Source of the DNA: Macrostomum lignano
Lineage: Eukaryota
NCBI GenBank assembly: GCA_002269645.1
Contig: NIVC01000108.1
Span: 124,001-188,000 of the forward strand
DNA length: 64,000 nucleotides
Direction: 5' to 3'
Shown here: positions 26,201-38,124 of the stretch, piece after piece
Numbering within the stretch: the first letter of the stretch is position 1
Layout of the letters: each line of letters opens with the position of its first letter
The notes under the pieces: generated by a model
What the model was told of the DNA's origin: nothing
Database searches by the model: none
The model's input: only the letters and a program-made list of their open reading frames with translations
Translations under genes and position numbers: made by a program

Positions 26201-29200
26201 GCACACTGCAGACTCTCAAAGTACAGCACACTGCAGACTCTTAAAGTACAGCACACTGCAGACTCTCAAAGTACAGCACACTGCAGACTCTCAAAGTACA
26301 GCACACTGCGGACTCTCAAAGTACAGCACACTGCAGACTCTCAAAGTACAGCACACTACTGCAGACTCTCAAAGTACAGCACACTGCAGACTCTCAAAGT
26401 ACAGCACACTGCGCACTCTCAAATACAGCACACTGCAGACTCTCAAAGTACAGCACACTGCAGACTCTTAAAGTACAGCACACTGCAGACTCTCAAAATA
26501 CAGCACACTGCAGACTCTCAAAGTACAGCACACTGCGCACTCTCAAAGTACAGCACACTACTGCAGACTCTCAAAGTACAGCACACTGCAGACTCTCAAA
26601 GTACAGCACACTGCAGACTCTCAAAGTACAGCACACTGCAGACTCTCAAAGTACAGCACACTGCAGACTCTCAAAGTACAGCACACTGCAGACTCTCAAA
26701 GTACAGCACACTGCAGACTCTCAAAGTAAAGCACACTGCAGACTCTCAAAGTACAGCACACTGCAGACTCTCAAAGTAAAGCACACTGCAGACTCTCAAA
26801 GTACAGCACACTGCAGACTCTCAAAGTACAGCACACTGCAGACTCTCAAAGTACAGCACACTGCAGACTCTCAAAGTACAGCACACTGCAGACTCTCAAA
26901 GTACAGCACACTGCAGACTCTCAAAGTACAGCACACTGCAGACTTGCACAAAACGGCGCATTCTCTCGCAGCTTTCCAGGCTACACCAGCTGCGCCGCAC
27001 TCACACGATGCCAGCAGGCAGCTGACGAACATCAGCCTGACTGTCTTGCTGTGCTGCGCGCTGCCCAGCCGAAGCCGCACCAGGCCGACCACCAGAGACG
27101 CCGCTGACGCTGCCAGGCCCAGAATGAAGGCGGCTTTTGTTTTTACAAAGTCGGCTGAGGCGGGAGCGAAGGGAGGCGGGAGGGTAGGAGGAGATTAAGA
27201 TGAGGCACAAATTTGACAAGGTTTATTGATCCTCTCAGCTGAGAATCTCCGCAGCCTCCCCGATATAAAAACTGGTTACCGCCCTGCCGCAGCTCCCAAA
27301 GCTTCAGCATTTTCTGGCCAAGTCTGTAAGTGGCCGGCGGCCAATTCAATTTCGCTAATCGGTTACGAAACCTGTTGCAGTGCGCGGGGGCTTGCGCTCG
27401 GATTTCATCTGGATGGCTGCGCGAGCGCTAAGAGGAGACCCACCTGTAGATATCGGCGCTAAGAGGAGACCCGCCTGTAGATATTGGCGCTAAGAGGAGA
27501 CGCGCCTGTAGATATCGGCGCTAAGAGGAGACCCGCCTGTAGATATCGGCGCTAAGAGGAGACCCGCCTGTAGATATTGGCGCTAAGAGGAGACCCGCCT
27601 GTAGATATTAGCGCTAAGAGGAGACCCGCCTGTAGATATTAGCGCTAAGAGGAGACGCATCTGTAGATATTGGTGCTAAGAGGAGACCCGCCTGTAGATA
27701 TTGGCGCTAAGAGGAGACCCGCCTGTAGATATCGGCGCTAAGAGGAGACCCGCCTGTAGATATTGGCGCTAAGAGGAGACGCGCCTGTAGATATTAGCGC
27801 TAAGAGGAGACGCGCCTGTAGATATTAGCGCTAAGAGGAGACGCATCTGTAGATATTGGTGCTAAGAGGAGACCCGCCTGTAGATATCGGCGCTAAAAGG
27901 AGACGCGCCAGTAGATATCGGCGCTAAGAGGAGACGCGCCTGTAGATATTAGCGCTAAGAGGAGACCCGCCTGTAGATATTAGCGCTAAGAGGAGACGCA
28001 TCTGTAGATATTGGCGCTAAGAGGAGACGCGCCTGTAGATATTAGCGCTAAGAGGAGACGCGCCTGTAGATATTAGCGCTAAGAGGAGACGCATCTGTAG
28101 ATATTGGTGCTAAGAGGAGACCCGCCTGTAGATATCGGCGCTAAAAGGAGACGCGCCAGTAGATATCGGCGCTAAGAGGAGACGCGCCTGTAGATATTGG
28201 CGCTAAGAGGAGACGCGCCTGTAGATATTGGCGCTAAGAGGAGACGCGCCTGTAGATATTGGCGCTAAGAGGAGACGCGCCTCTATTATGATATGTGCAA
28301 TCCCACAGGTCCCAGAGTTTAGCATCTTAGTCATTGAATTTTGAGCTAAAAAGCCAGCAATTAAGAATCGTCCCCCAATCTCCCAGAAAGCCCCCACCCG
28401 GAATGAGAAGCGTCCAATTAGTCGGGCCGCCGCGGCGAAATTTTCCGATTCTGCCGCAGGCTGTTTCGATCACGTGACCTAGCAGCCTAGCGGCCGGACG
28501 GAGCCGAACGAGGAGGATTCGAAGAAAAAAAGGCGAGTTACTTTTTAAACCCGATTGACAGCGCGCGGTGAGAGGGGGTTGGGGCGAAGCGTCTGCGACT
28601 TGAAAATTGGATGGCGAGCAGCAGGGGGGGATTTGCAAGTCAAATGCCGCCGCGAGGAGGCTGCCGCGGCAAGCCGGAGCGGCACTTCAGCGGAGGCTTT
28701 AAAATTCCTGACTGGAGGGCTGGGGAGGCCGCGGCAGCAGATATCACAGCGCACTCGCGCTTCCCGCGAGACCCGGGCCGACCCCCCCTCCACCTCGGAG
28801 CGGCAATTCCGCAGAATCGGGCATTCTCACCGCCATTAATTTTTATTTTTACCCCACCCGAGCACTGCTCAGTTGCTCAGCCCAGCCTCCCGGATGCGGT
28901 GGCTGTGGGGAAAGGAAGAAGTTTCGGTGGAAGTGGCTTTATACCTTATCGCCCAGTAGTTTTTTTCAGTTGAGCAAAGTCTGGAATCGAGATTCCCATC
29001 CTCGTAAATTCCGCTCACTGAGGAGGCTGCTGAGACTCGAGCAGATGGTGCTGTTTGCATTCTGGAGATGCTAAAATCCCTATGGGTCAGGATAACTCCC
29101 TCAGGACTTGGCGGCTTGAACTGGGGAGGCTATCGCCTGGCTGACAGGCTGGCCGAGTGTCTGTCTACCCTGGTGACCAGGATGTCTATTTAGACATCTT

Positions 29201-30041
29201 AAAATATAAACACCCTGTCTAGCAGGTGACTGTCTAGCAGGTGACTGTCTAACAGGTGACTGTCTAACAGGTGAATGTCTAACAGGTGACTGTCTAACAG
29301 GTGAATGGCCAGCAGGTGACTGTCTAACAGGTGACTGTCTAACAGGTGAATGTCTAACAGGTGACTGTCTAACAGGTGACTGTCTAACAGTTGACTGTCT
29401 AACAGGTGACTGTCTAACAGGTGACTGTCTAACAGGTGACTGTCTAACAGGTGACTGTCTAACAGGTGACTGTCTAACAGGTGACTGTCTAACAGGTGAC
29501 TGTCTAACAGGTGACTGTCTAACAGGTGACTGTCTAACAGGTGACTGTCTAACAGGTGACTGTCTAACAGGTGACTGTCTAACAGGTGACTGTCTAACAG
29601 GTGACTGTCTAACAGGTGACTGTCTAACAGGTGACTGTCTAACAGGTGACTGTCTAACAGGTGACTGTCTAACAGGTGACTGTCTAACAGGTGACTGTCT
29701 AACAGGTGACTGTCTAACAGGTGACTGTCTAACAGGTGACTGTCTAACAGGTGACTGTCTAACAGGTGACTGTCTAACAGGTGACTGTATAAGGCCCCCC
29801 TCCGAGCCGGAATCCCGCGCCGCTCACGCTCAGCAGAATGGTCCTCCTGCAGCACCACGGGCCAGCGGGCCAGCTGCGAGATGGACACGACTGCAGCAGC
29901 GAAGCCGGCGGCGCACATCGCCAAGATGGTCCGGTCTGCCGCAGTCACGGTCAGGCACATCACCCGCGCTCTGAGTGGAGGCTGCGGAGCTGCGTCGGAG
30001 TCGGGCTGGGGCAGCTCGATCAGCGGCGACCGGCTGATCAT
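23226..30041 (-). CDS. PMP22/EMP/claudin-superfamily-like four-TM protein, ~186 aa; complement(join(23226..23422,27005..27154,29828..30041))
   Basis: Phase 1-1 junctions fit (561 nt). Four hydrophobic segments: ILAMCAAGFAAAVVSI, FILGLAASAASLVVGLV, LMFVSCLLASFLCLLVAVAVW and VAVAAAVLQFLAFLLYIM, with the family-like WSYWVAV motif before TM4. The last two exons are well supported; linkage of the first exon is less certain. Confidence 0.6.
23590..26945. repeat. Intronic minisatellite, 25-bp unit CAGACTCTCAAAGTACAGCACACTG
   Basis: About 130 copies with 24/28-bp variants; fills intron 23423..27004. Confidence 0.98.
27425..28282. repeat. Minisatellite, 31-bp unit GCGCTAAGAGGAGACCCGCCTGTAGATATTG
   Basis: About 27 copies. 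Confidence 0.97.
29215..29787. repeat. Minisatellite, 15-bp unit CTAACAGGTGACTGT
   Basis: About 38 near-perfect copies. Confidence 0.98.
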
Positions 30042-30196
30042 GCTCGGTTAAGTAGATCCGCCCAGGCCGTGATAGGCTGCGGGCCCTTCACTCCGGGCCA
30101 GGGAGCTCTGGAGCCAGCATCTGGTGAGGAAAAGTGGTGAAAATCAATTCTTGAAGGACCACAATGCCAGGCGGGAAGTTAGAGGAAGGAGTCAAG

Positions 30197-30412
30197 GGGG
30201 TGCTGGCGCCCCTTGGTGCTGGCGCCCCTTGGTGCTGGCGCCCCTTGGTGCTGGCGCCCCTTGGTGCTGGCGCCCCTTGGTGCTGGCGCCCCTTGGTGCT
30301 GGCGCCCCTTGGTGCTGGCGCCCCTTGGTGCTGGCGCCCCTTGGTGCTGGCGCCCCTTGGTGCTGGCGCCCCTTGGTGCTGGCGCCCCTTGGTGCTGGCG
30401 CCCCTTGGTGCT
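30197..30412. repeat. Minisatellite, 16-bp unit GGTGCTGGCGCCCCTT
   Basis: About 13 perfect copies. Confidence 0.97.
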
Positions 30413-31321
30413 GTACCGACGGCGTCAGGTTGATGACGAAATGCTTGAGAGACTAGCTGAGCATGTCCAGCAGTTGAGGCTTGATCAGCGAAACTAGAAA
30501 ATTTTGCAACAGCGTGTCCATAGTCAGCTGGTGCCACCTGTTGAAGGTCCAGAAGCTCCGCTCCGACCAACAAAGTCAGAGCTGATGCAGACACATGTGG
30601 TCCACGTGCTGTTGAAATTTGGAGGCTTGGCAAGGCTGCACTGAGGCGCAGTGCTGATTGGCGCACAGGGGTGTACTGAATACACTGGCGCTTATGGGAA
30701 AAATCCGACCTTCTGGCAGAATCGTCGAATATCTTGACGGTCCGGAGGGCTGGCGACTTGATTTTTGTTTGAGAAGGTGCGCAACAAAAAGTTAGCCGGT
30801 GTTCTTGAATTTCGTGTGGCTGCTTTGCTCTGTTCCGGCGCAGCAAAAAGTGTCAGGGGGGGGGTGGTAGTTCTACTATTAATACATTTAACATATTACA
30901 TTAACTGAGTTGACGACGTTTGCAAAAAAAGCTTATTTAAAAAAATATCCACAGAAACAAAAAATCCGCAGTGCAATCCAGATGCTATCTCCAGAGCTCC
31001 TTGGCTGCGGCCGTTTGATCTGGTGGCTTTGCGGACACAGATAGCGCATTAATTAGACCCGGACAATCAGCGGCAATTGAGTCTCTGTCTCAATAATTAA
31101 TTTAGCTGCAATATTTGCTCTAAGCTGGTCAACTAAAAAGCAAAGCTTGGTTCGCGGCATCTCAGAGAGAGTTGACTCAGCGGCGAGCTGGGGTCGAGAT
31201 GAGGATTGGCCTAATCTGCCTAATTAACTCGTTTAATCCACTGTTTGCTTCCGATTCTGTTGAGCGAACGAAGTTGCTGATAAATCTTCGGAGTTGTTGA
31301 ATATTGATTCGTATTGGCGTT

Positions 31322-31770
31322 GGAATATTTGCCAGCCTGGATATTTGCCAGCCTGGATATTTGCCAGCCTGGATATTTGCCAGCTGGATATTCGCCAGCC
31401 TGGATATTTGCCAGCTGGATATTTGCCAGCTGGATATTCGCCAGCTGGATATTTGCCAGCTGGATATTTGCCAGCCTGGATATTTGCCAGCTGGATATTC
31501 GCCAGCCTGGATATTTGCCAGCTGGATATTTGCCAGCTGGATATTCGCCAGCTGGATATTTGCCAGCTGGATATTTGCCAGCCTGGATATTTGCCTGCTG
31601 GATATTCGCCAGCTGGATATTCGCCAGCTGGATATTTGCCAGCCTGGATATTTGCCAGCTGGATATTCGCCAGGTGGATATTCGCCAGCTGGATATTTGC
31701 CAGCTGGATATTTGCCAGCTAGATATTTGCCAGCTGGATATTTGCCAGCCTGGATATTTGCCTGCTGGAT
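31322..31770. repeat. Minisatellite, 15/16-bp unit GGATATTTGCCAGC(C)T
   Basis: About 29 copies, bracketed by inverted TTGGAATA / TATTCCAA. Confidence 0.95.
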
Positions 31771-32067
31771 ATTTGCTATTCCAATATTTTAGTAAGAATT
31801 AGAATTATAATAAAATAGCTTAAATTAGCAACGGCAAAATTTACGCAACACTCAAAATTAAATCAGAACTTGAATGAATTTCACAAGCCACTCTACTGCG
31901 AGTAGCAGTTTCGGAATAACACCGGAGTTACAAAGTGAGTTCACGAATACTTCTCAGTTAATATTTTTATATTTATATCGAATTTGTTCAAATTCACTGA
32001 AATATGCTGGGCAGGCATCGGCGGTCAAAGGCAATTATTCATGAAAAGTTCATCGAGGACTCTGCAG

Positions 32068-34500
32068 TCACGGCACCACTTCATATTCGTTTTCGTCAGC
32101 GGCATTCAGGTAGTCGGCCGGCCGCTCCGAGGCGCACATCTCGCAGCCCGGCCGCTCCGGCGGGTTCCGGTAGGTGCATATGGGACAGCTCCAGCCGGGC
32201 TGCGGGCGGGGGCGGCACCGCGAGTGAGGCGTCCGTCTGGGGAATCTAGCTGGGGAATCTAGCTGGGGAATCTAGCTGGGGAATCTAGCTGGGGAATCTA
32301 GCTGGGGAATCTAGCTGGGGAATCTAGCTGGGGAATCTAGCTGGGGAATCTAGCTGGAGAATCTAGCTGGGAAATCTAGCTGGGGAATCTAGCTGGGGAA
32401 TGTAGCTGGGGAATAATTTAGCTGGGGAATAATTTAGCTGGGGAATATAGCTGGGAATAATTTAGCTGGGAAATATAGCTGGGGAATAATTTAGCTGGGG
32501 AATATAGCTGGGGAATCTAGCTGGGAAATCTAGCTGGGGAATCTAGCTGGTGAATGTAGCTGGGGAATCTAGCTGGGGAATCTAGCTGGGGAATAATTTA
32601 GCTGGGGAATCTAGCAGGGGAATCTAGCTGGGAAATCTAGCTGGGAATCTAGCTGGGGAATAATTTAGCTGGGGAATATAGCTGGGGAATAATTTAGCTG
32701 GGGAATCTAGCTGGGGAATCTAGCTGGGGAATAATTTAGCTGGGGAATCTAGCTGGGGAATCTAGCTGGGGAATAATTTAGCTGGGGAATCTAGCTGGGG
32801 AATAATTTAGCTGGGGAATCTAGCTGGGGAATCTAGCTGGGGAATAATTTAGCTGGGGAATAATTTAGCTGGGGAATCTAGCTGGGGAATCTAGCTGGGA
32901 AATCTAGCTGGGAATCTAGCTGGGGAATAATTTAGCTGGTAATATAGCTGGGGAATAATTTAGCTGGGGAATCTAGCTGGGGAATCTAGCTGGGGAATCT
33001 AGCTGGGGAATCTAGCTGGGGAATCTAGCTGGGGAATCTAGCTGGGGAATCTAGCTGGGGAATAATTTAGCTGGGGAATCTAGCTGGGGAATCTAGCTGG
33101 GGAATCTAGCTGGGGAATAATTTAGCTGGGGAATCTAGCTGGGGAATCTAGCTGGGGAATAATTTAGCTGGGGAATAATTTAGCTGGGGAATCTAGCTGG
33201 GGAATCTAGCTGGGAAATCTAGCTGGGAATCTAGCTGGGGAATAATTTAGCTGGGGAATCTAGCTGGGGAATCTAGCTGGGGAATCTAGCTGGGGAATCT
33301 AGCTGGGGAATAATTTAGCTGGGGAATCTAGCTGGGGAATCTAGCTGGGGAATCTAGCTGGGGAATCTAGCTGGGGAATAATTTAGCTGGGGAATCTAGC
33401 TGGGGAATCTAGCTGGGGAATCTAGCTGGGGAATCTAGCTGGGGAATAATTTAGCTGGGGAATCTAGCTGGGGAATAATTTAGCTGGGGAATAATTTAGC
33501 TGGGGAATCTAGCTGGGGAATCTAGCTGGGGAATCTAGCTGGGGAATCTAGCTGGGGAATCTAGCTGGGGAATCTAGCTGGGGAATAATTTAGCTGGGGA
33601 ATCTAGCTGGGGAATCTAGCTGGGGAATCTAGCTGGGGAATAATTTAGCTGGGGAATCTAGCTGGGGAATCTAGCTGGGGAATCTAGCTGGGGAATCTAG
33701 CTGGGGAATAATTTAGCTGGGGAATCTAGCTGGGGAATATAGCTGGGGAATCTAGCTGGGGAATCTAGCTGGGGAATCTAGCTGGGGAATCTAGCTGGGG
33801 AATAATTTAGCTGGGGAATCTAGCTGGGGAATATAGCTGGGGAATCTAGCTGGGGAATCTAGCTGGGGAATCTAGCTGGGGAATCTAGCTACCAATATGA
33901 TAAGCAACTGCTGAGGTGTTTTACCTCGATATTTTCTGGAACTGGCGGCTGCGGCTGCATCGGCGGCTCAGGCAGCTGAGGCCGCAACGCTGGCGGCTGC
34001 GGCAGCGGCTCCGCCCACATTTTCTGTGCAGGGGCGGCGGCGGCGACTGGGGCGGGGGCGGCAGGCTGTCCGGGAGCTGGTGGCGGTCGCTGCTGTCCCC
34101 ACCTGTGCTTGAACAGGTCCTTGCTCAGCAGGTAAAGATGCACAACCACCTCGTGCTTGTGCTCCAGCTCGCCCAGCGGGGTGCTGTCCGGCGGGATTCG
34201 GCCGCAGGCGACGCAGCACTGCGCCTGGCGGGGAATCTCCAGCTCGGAGGCCACGCGCATCTTCAGCTCCGCCACGGTGCTGGCCGTGCTGAACTTGAAC
34301 AGCCGCGGCTTGGGCAGCTCTTTGTCGCGGTCGCGGAAGAACACCTTGACTAGGAGACCCTCGCTGGACTGCGGGAACACCCGGATGGAGCCGCCCGACT
34401 GGCACAGCTGCACCACCGCTTGCCTGGCAGCCTCCGCTTTCTGACTGCAGATGGCGTCCTGCAGCCGGTTGGCAAGGTCGGCAGGAGTCTGGTGGCCCAT
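32068..34500 (-). CDS. SHARPIN/HOIL-1L(RBCK1)-like protein: LTM + UBL + Pro-rich linker + NZF, no RBR; ~235 aa; complement(join(32068..32199,33925..34500))
   Basis: [24 protein letters not shown] resembles the LUBAC tethering motif. [28 protein letters not shown] resembles the HOIL-1L UBL (TVASLKDMV..YLYLLS). The second exon, not in the ORF track, gives [26 protein letters not shown], an NZF. Phase 0 junction. An acceptor near 34510 suggests an additional upstream exon. Confidence 0.85.
32238..33890. repeat. Intronic G-rich minisatellite, 13-bp CTAGCTGGGGAAT with 16-bp GCTGGGGAATAATTTA variant
   Basis: About 120 units; occupies ~96% of intron 32200..33924. Confidence 0.98.
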
Positions 34501-35541
34501 TGCTAAAGCCTGAAGATGGCGATGAAGGGGGTGAGTCTCTAAAGAAAATCTTAAAGAATAATTTAAGCATTTGTGATCAAGACATCAACATTAACATAAA
34601 CGAAATTTGTGCCTTAGATAGAGTATTGACCTAAAAATTTTTTAATATATTTTAAGATAGTAAGTTGGCTAACCAAAATAGTTAACAATTATTGCTTTTC
34701 CACATCTTCTAATATCTTGTTACTATTACAAATGAAATTTAGAAATATCAATGATAATATTTTATTGCATAACATTTTAAATAGTTAACCAAATAAATAT
34801 ATTATCCTACTTTTATTCTAATGATATAAATGGGTATTTATTTAGAAAACTTTGCAATCTTTTTACGCTAATGAAGCAGAAGAGCTTTGATCTAGAACTG
34901 GTCAACTGGAAGTATGCTATAGCTATACTAACATTTTCAAAGGACAAAACAAATATTTCAGCAAAATCTAATTTATAGTTAAAGTATTCCATCTAAAAAG
35001 ATTATCTAAAATTTATTTTAAAGGGCCAAATGAAAAATCAGTAAAATTTCAAATGATAAAATATCAAAATATTAGTTTAGTTAGTTTACTTGGATTAAAA
35101 GCAAAAACTGAAACGTTTTGAGCACCACCATTATGTCTCACTCCTCAGTAGTACTAACTACTATGGAATAAATATTTTTCCATTAAATATCACAGCTTCA
35201 TCGTTTATGTCGTGATAAAAGTCATTAAATTTCGTGAAATCAAAAAATAAAATCACAAAATCTGGTCTAGAGGTGCTACTAGCCATAATAAAAAACACGA
35301 TAGTTCGAAAACTTTAAGGTACTAAATCAAATGCAACAGTACCTCATTCTATAACATTTTTGTTTCCCATTTAAAATCAGTTTTAAAAGTAATATGTTAC
35401 ATTAATTAAATTTATTCATTTAAAACATTTTTTGACAGCCTCTTTTGCTTTTATACTACTTTATTTGTTTAATCCTGTAAAAAATTTAAATCAAGTTTAC
35501 TTCTTTCAAGTTAATTTTTCTTTCAAGATTAATTTTGGTTC

Positions 35542-35996
35542 CATGAGAATTGCCCGCAGACGAATTGCCCGCCGAGATTTGCCTGCAGGAGATTTGCCCG
35601 TGGAGATTTGCCCGCCGAGCTTTTCCCGCCGAGATTTTCCCGCAGTGCAATTTGCCCGCGAGTGGATTGCCCGCGAGCGAGTAGTGTTGCCCGTGGAGTT
35701 TTTTCCCGCCGAGGTTTGCCCACAATGCTTTTTTACTGCAGATTTTGTCTACACCTTCCCAATGCTTATTACATGTAATAAATCTTAGTAAAGAGATTTA
35801 CACGATCAAAACTTTTTGATAGTAACTGCATATCAAATGCTTATTTTTTGGGGGGCCGGGCAATACAGACAGAATCTAGCTGCCAAATGCGCTGCAATAA
35901 AAAAGCATTGCGGGCAAACCTCGGCGCGCAAATCTCCACGGGCAAATCTCCTGCAGGCAAATCTCGGCGGGCAATTCGTCTGCTGGCATTCTCATG
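35542..35996. mobile_element. MITE with ~85-bp TIRs built of GAGATTTGCCC subrepeats
   Basis: CATGAGAATTGCCCGCAGACGAATTGCCCGCCGAGATTTGCCTGCAGGAGATTTGCCCGTGGAG at left; near-perfect reverse complement ends at 35996. TSD unresolved. Confidence 0.8.
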
Positions 35997-36799
35997 CTCT
36001 CATTAATTTTTTGAATGATTTCAGAAGAACACACGTACGCTTACATTTGATGCGCATTTCCAATCATTAGTGTTGGATGTATGTACATGCGCTTTTTGAC
36101 AGCAACCCAGCCTTGGCTGCTGTCAGGCTGATGCCGCGTTTGTGTTGGTTGTTATACAGCTTCAAAGCATACAAGGCCATGCTAATTGTTTGCTATAATG
36201 GGTGAAAAGGGGTTCTCAGCATATTACTGTTGCGCTATGTACATGTAGTAATTTGTCTTGCGGATCGTGCGCTCATATTGCACAGCTTTGCACAGCTTGA
36301 GCAGAACCAATCCTAATTCTAAAACTATAATTTCGCACAAATTCAAACACCTAAAGCTTATATGAACAGCGCATCCATGAAACAGTTCTTGGGATTTGGG
36401 AATCAGGGACGTCGTACGTACAGTAGTTATACCATAAGAAAATAAATTCTCATCTTCAGCTTTCTCAAAAATGGTCCAGCCTCGCCTCAGTTGCTGAACA
36501 ATTAGGATTTTACGTCACCTGCTTACCTAGGATTTTGACTTTAGATTTTACATTAGATGTACATTTGCTTTGTGCTTTGTACATCACATAATTAACAAAA
36601 TAGTAAAACAGAAATGAACAGATATGTATAGCCTTATAGCAGTTATATTTACGCAATTGACTATCGATGTGAAGAATGTATAATATCAATCAAAATGTAT
36701 ATCTAATAAAAAATGGATAGAAAATCGATAGCAGCTGCTGGCTGGTCATTCGGCCAATGCTTGTAAAAAAATGTGCATATACAATTCAGGGACTATCTA

Positions 36800-37075
36800 T
36801 AGTACCCTGTGTCCCCTCTAGCTAGTACCCTGTATATCCCCTCTAGCTAGTACCCTGTATATCCCCTCTAGCTAGTACCCTGTATATCCCCTCTAGCTAG
36901 TACCCTGTATATCCCCTCTAGCTAGTACCCTGTATATCCCCTCTAGCTAGTACCCTGTATATCCCTCTAGCTAGTACCCTGTATATCCCCTCTAGCTAGT
37001 ACCCTGTATATCCCCTCTAGCTAGTACCCTGTATATCCCCTCTAGCTAGTACCCTGTATATCCCCTCTAGCTAGC
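36800..37075. repeat. Minisatellite, 25-bp unit CCCCTCTAGCTAGTACCCTGTATAT
   Basis: About 11 copies. Confidence 0.95.
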
Positions 37076-37489
37076 ACAAGAGAATTACAATAATCTAACA
37101 AAATTAGCATACATATCATTAGCAATTAACTATAAGTTGAGGGTGACTGCGTCAATCGAGTAGAACTACATGTATGCTAAAGCTAGTAGTATGGCATAAC
37201 AAATTGGTCGATTTAACATGGATGAAAAACAAAATCGTCGAGTTGGATTTTTACTTTTCGGTAGCCTAGTCAAAATTATTTGAATGATACTCAGTATAGT
37301 AACTGTATATTCACCAAAAATGTACATATGCTGTTTTCTATACTGAACACGCAATGCACATGAATTGTTGAATGCATCGATACGAGCACCGCAACATCGG
37401 AAGAAAATCAAAATTAATCGAGGGATGTATAACTCTTCAGCGTCACGTGTACAAATTATTGACTAATTTCCTCACAGATACACTGTACA

Positions 37490-37682
37490 AGCACACACAG
37501 ATACATTGTACAAGCACACACATATACACTGTACAAGCACACACAGATACACTGTACAAGCACACACAGATACACTGTACAAGCACACACAGATACACTG
37601 TACAAGCACACACAGATACACTGTACAAGCACATACATGTCTAAATACACTGTACAAACACACGGATCCACTGTACAAGCAC
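37490..37682. repeat. Minisatellite, 23-bp unit AGATACACTGTACAAGCACACAC
   Basis: About 8 copies. Confidence 0.92.
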
Positions 37683-38124
37683 TAAAACTTTCCTATTGAA
37701 ATTGGATTTTGGTAAATTAGTTAACTGTTCGATTCTTAATATCTGAGCTGAGCATTGCAGTCGGATCATTGTGCATGGCCTTCGAGTAGTTATAAAAACT
37801 GGCATTCTGTTTCATACACCTTCATTCGTCAGGCTCAACAAAACTCGCGTGACTGACAGGCCACCGGCAGCCAATGCAGGTGAGTCTCTGCTGCAGAAGC
37901 CGCCCCCCCCCAGTGCTTTCCTCTGGGTCGGATGTTGACTGTCGGCAAATTTGCTCTGGGAGTGAGGCGGGAGCTGGCTAGCAAACAGAGCGGCGGAGCT
38001 GGGGACTCAGAGCTGCTCGCCTTCTGACTGGCCTGACTTGTTGAGTCCCGCTAGCTATACAAAAACTTGAGAAAGCGATCCAGCCGAGCCTTGAGCTGCG
38101 TGACCAGCGCAGAGCTGCAGCGGG

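Noticed and set aside
18540-26779. ORFs of 100-1098 aa over the 22-, 29- and 25-bp arrays
   Set aside because: Minisatellite read-through artefacts; the 25-bp array is intronic on the opposite strand.
28400-29100. GC-rich stretch with short ORFs on both strands
   Set aside because: No recognisable domain or phase-compatible exon; may be regulatory but this cannot be supported.
30413-30860. Protein-like readings on both strands, each broken by an in-frame TAG
   Set aside because: No consistent splice model or family motif; stop read-through or pseudogene status cannot be supported.
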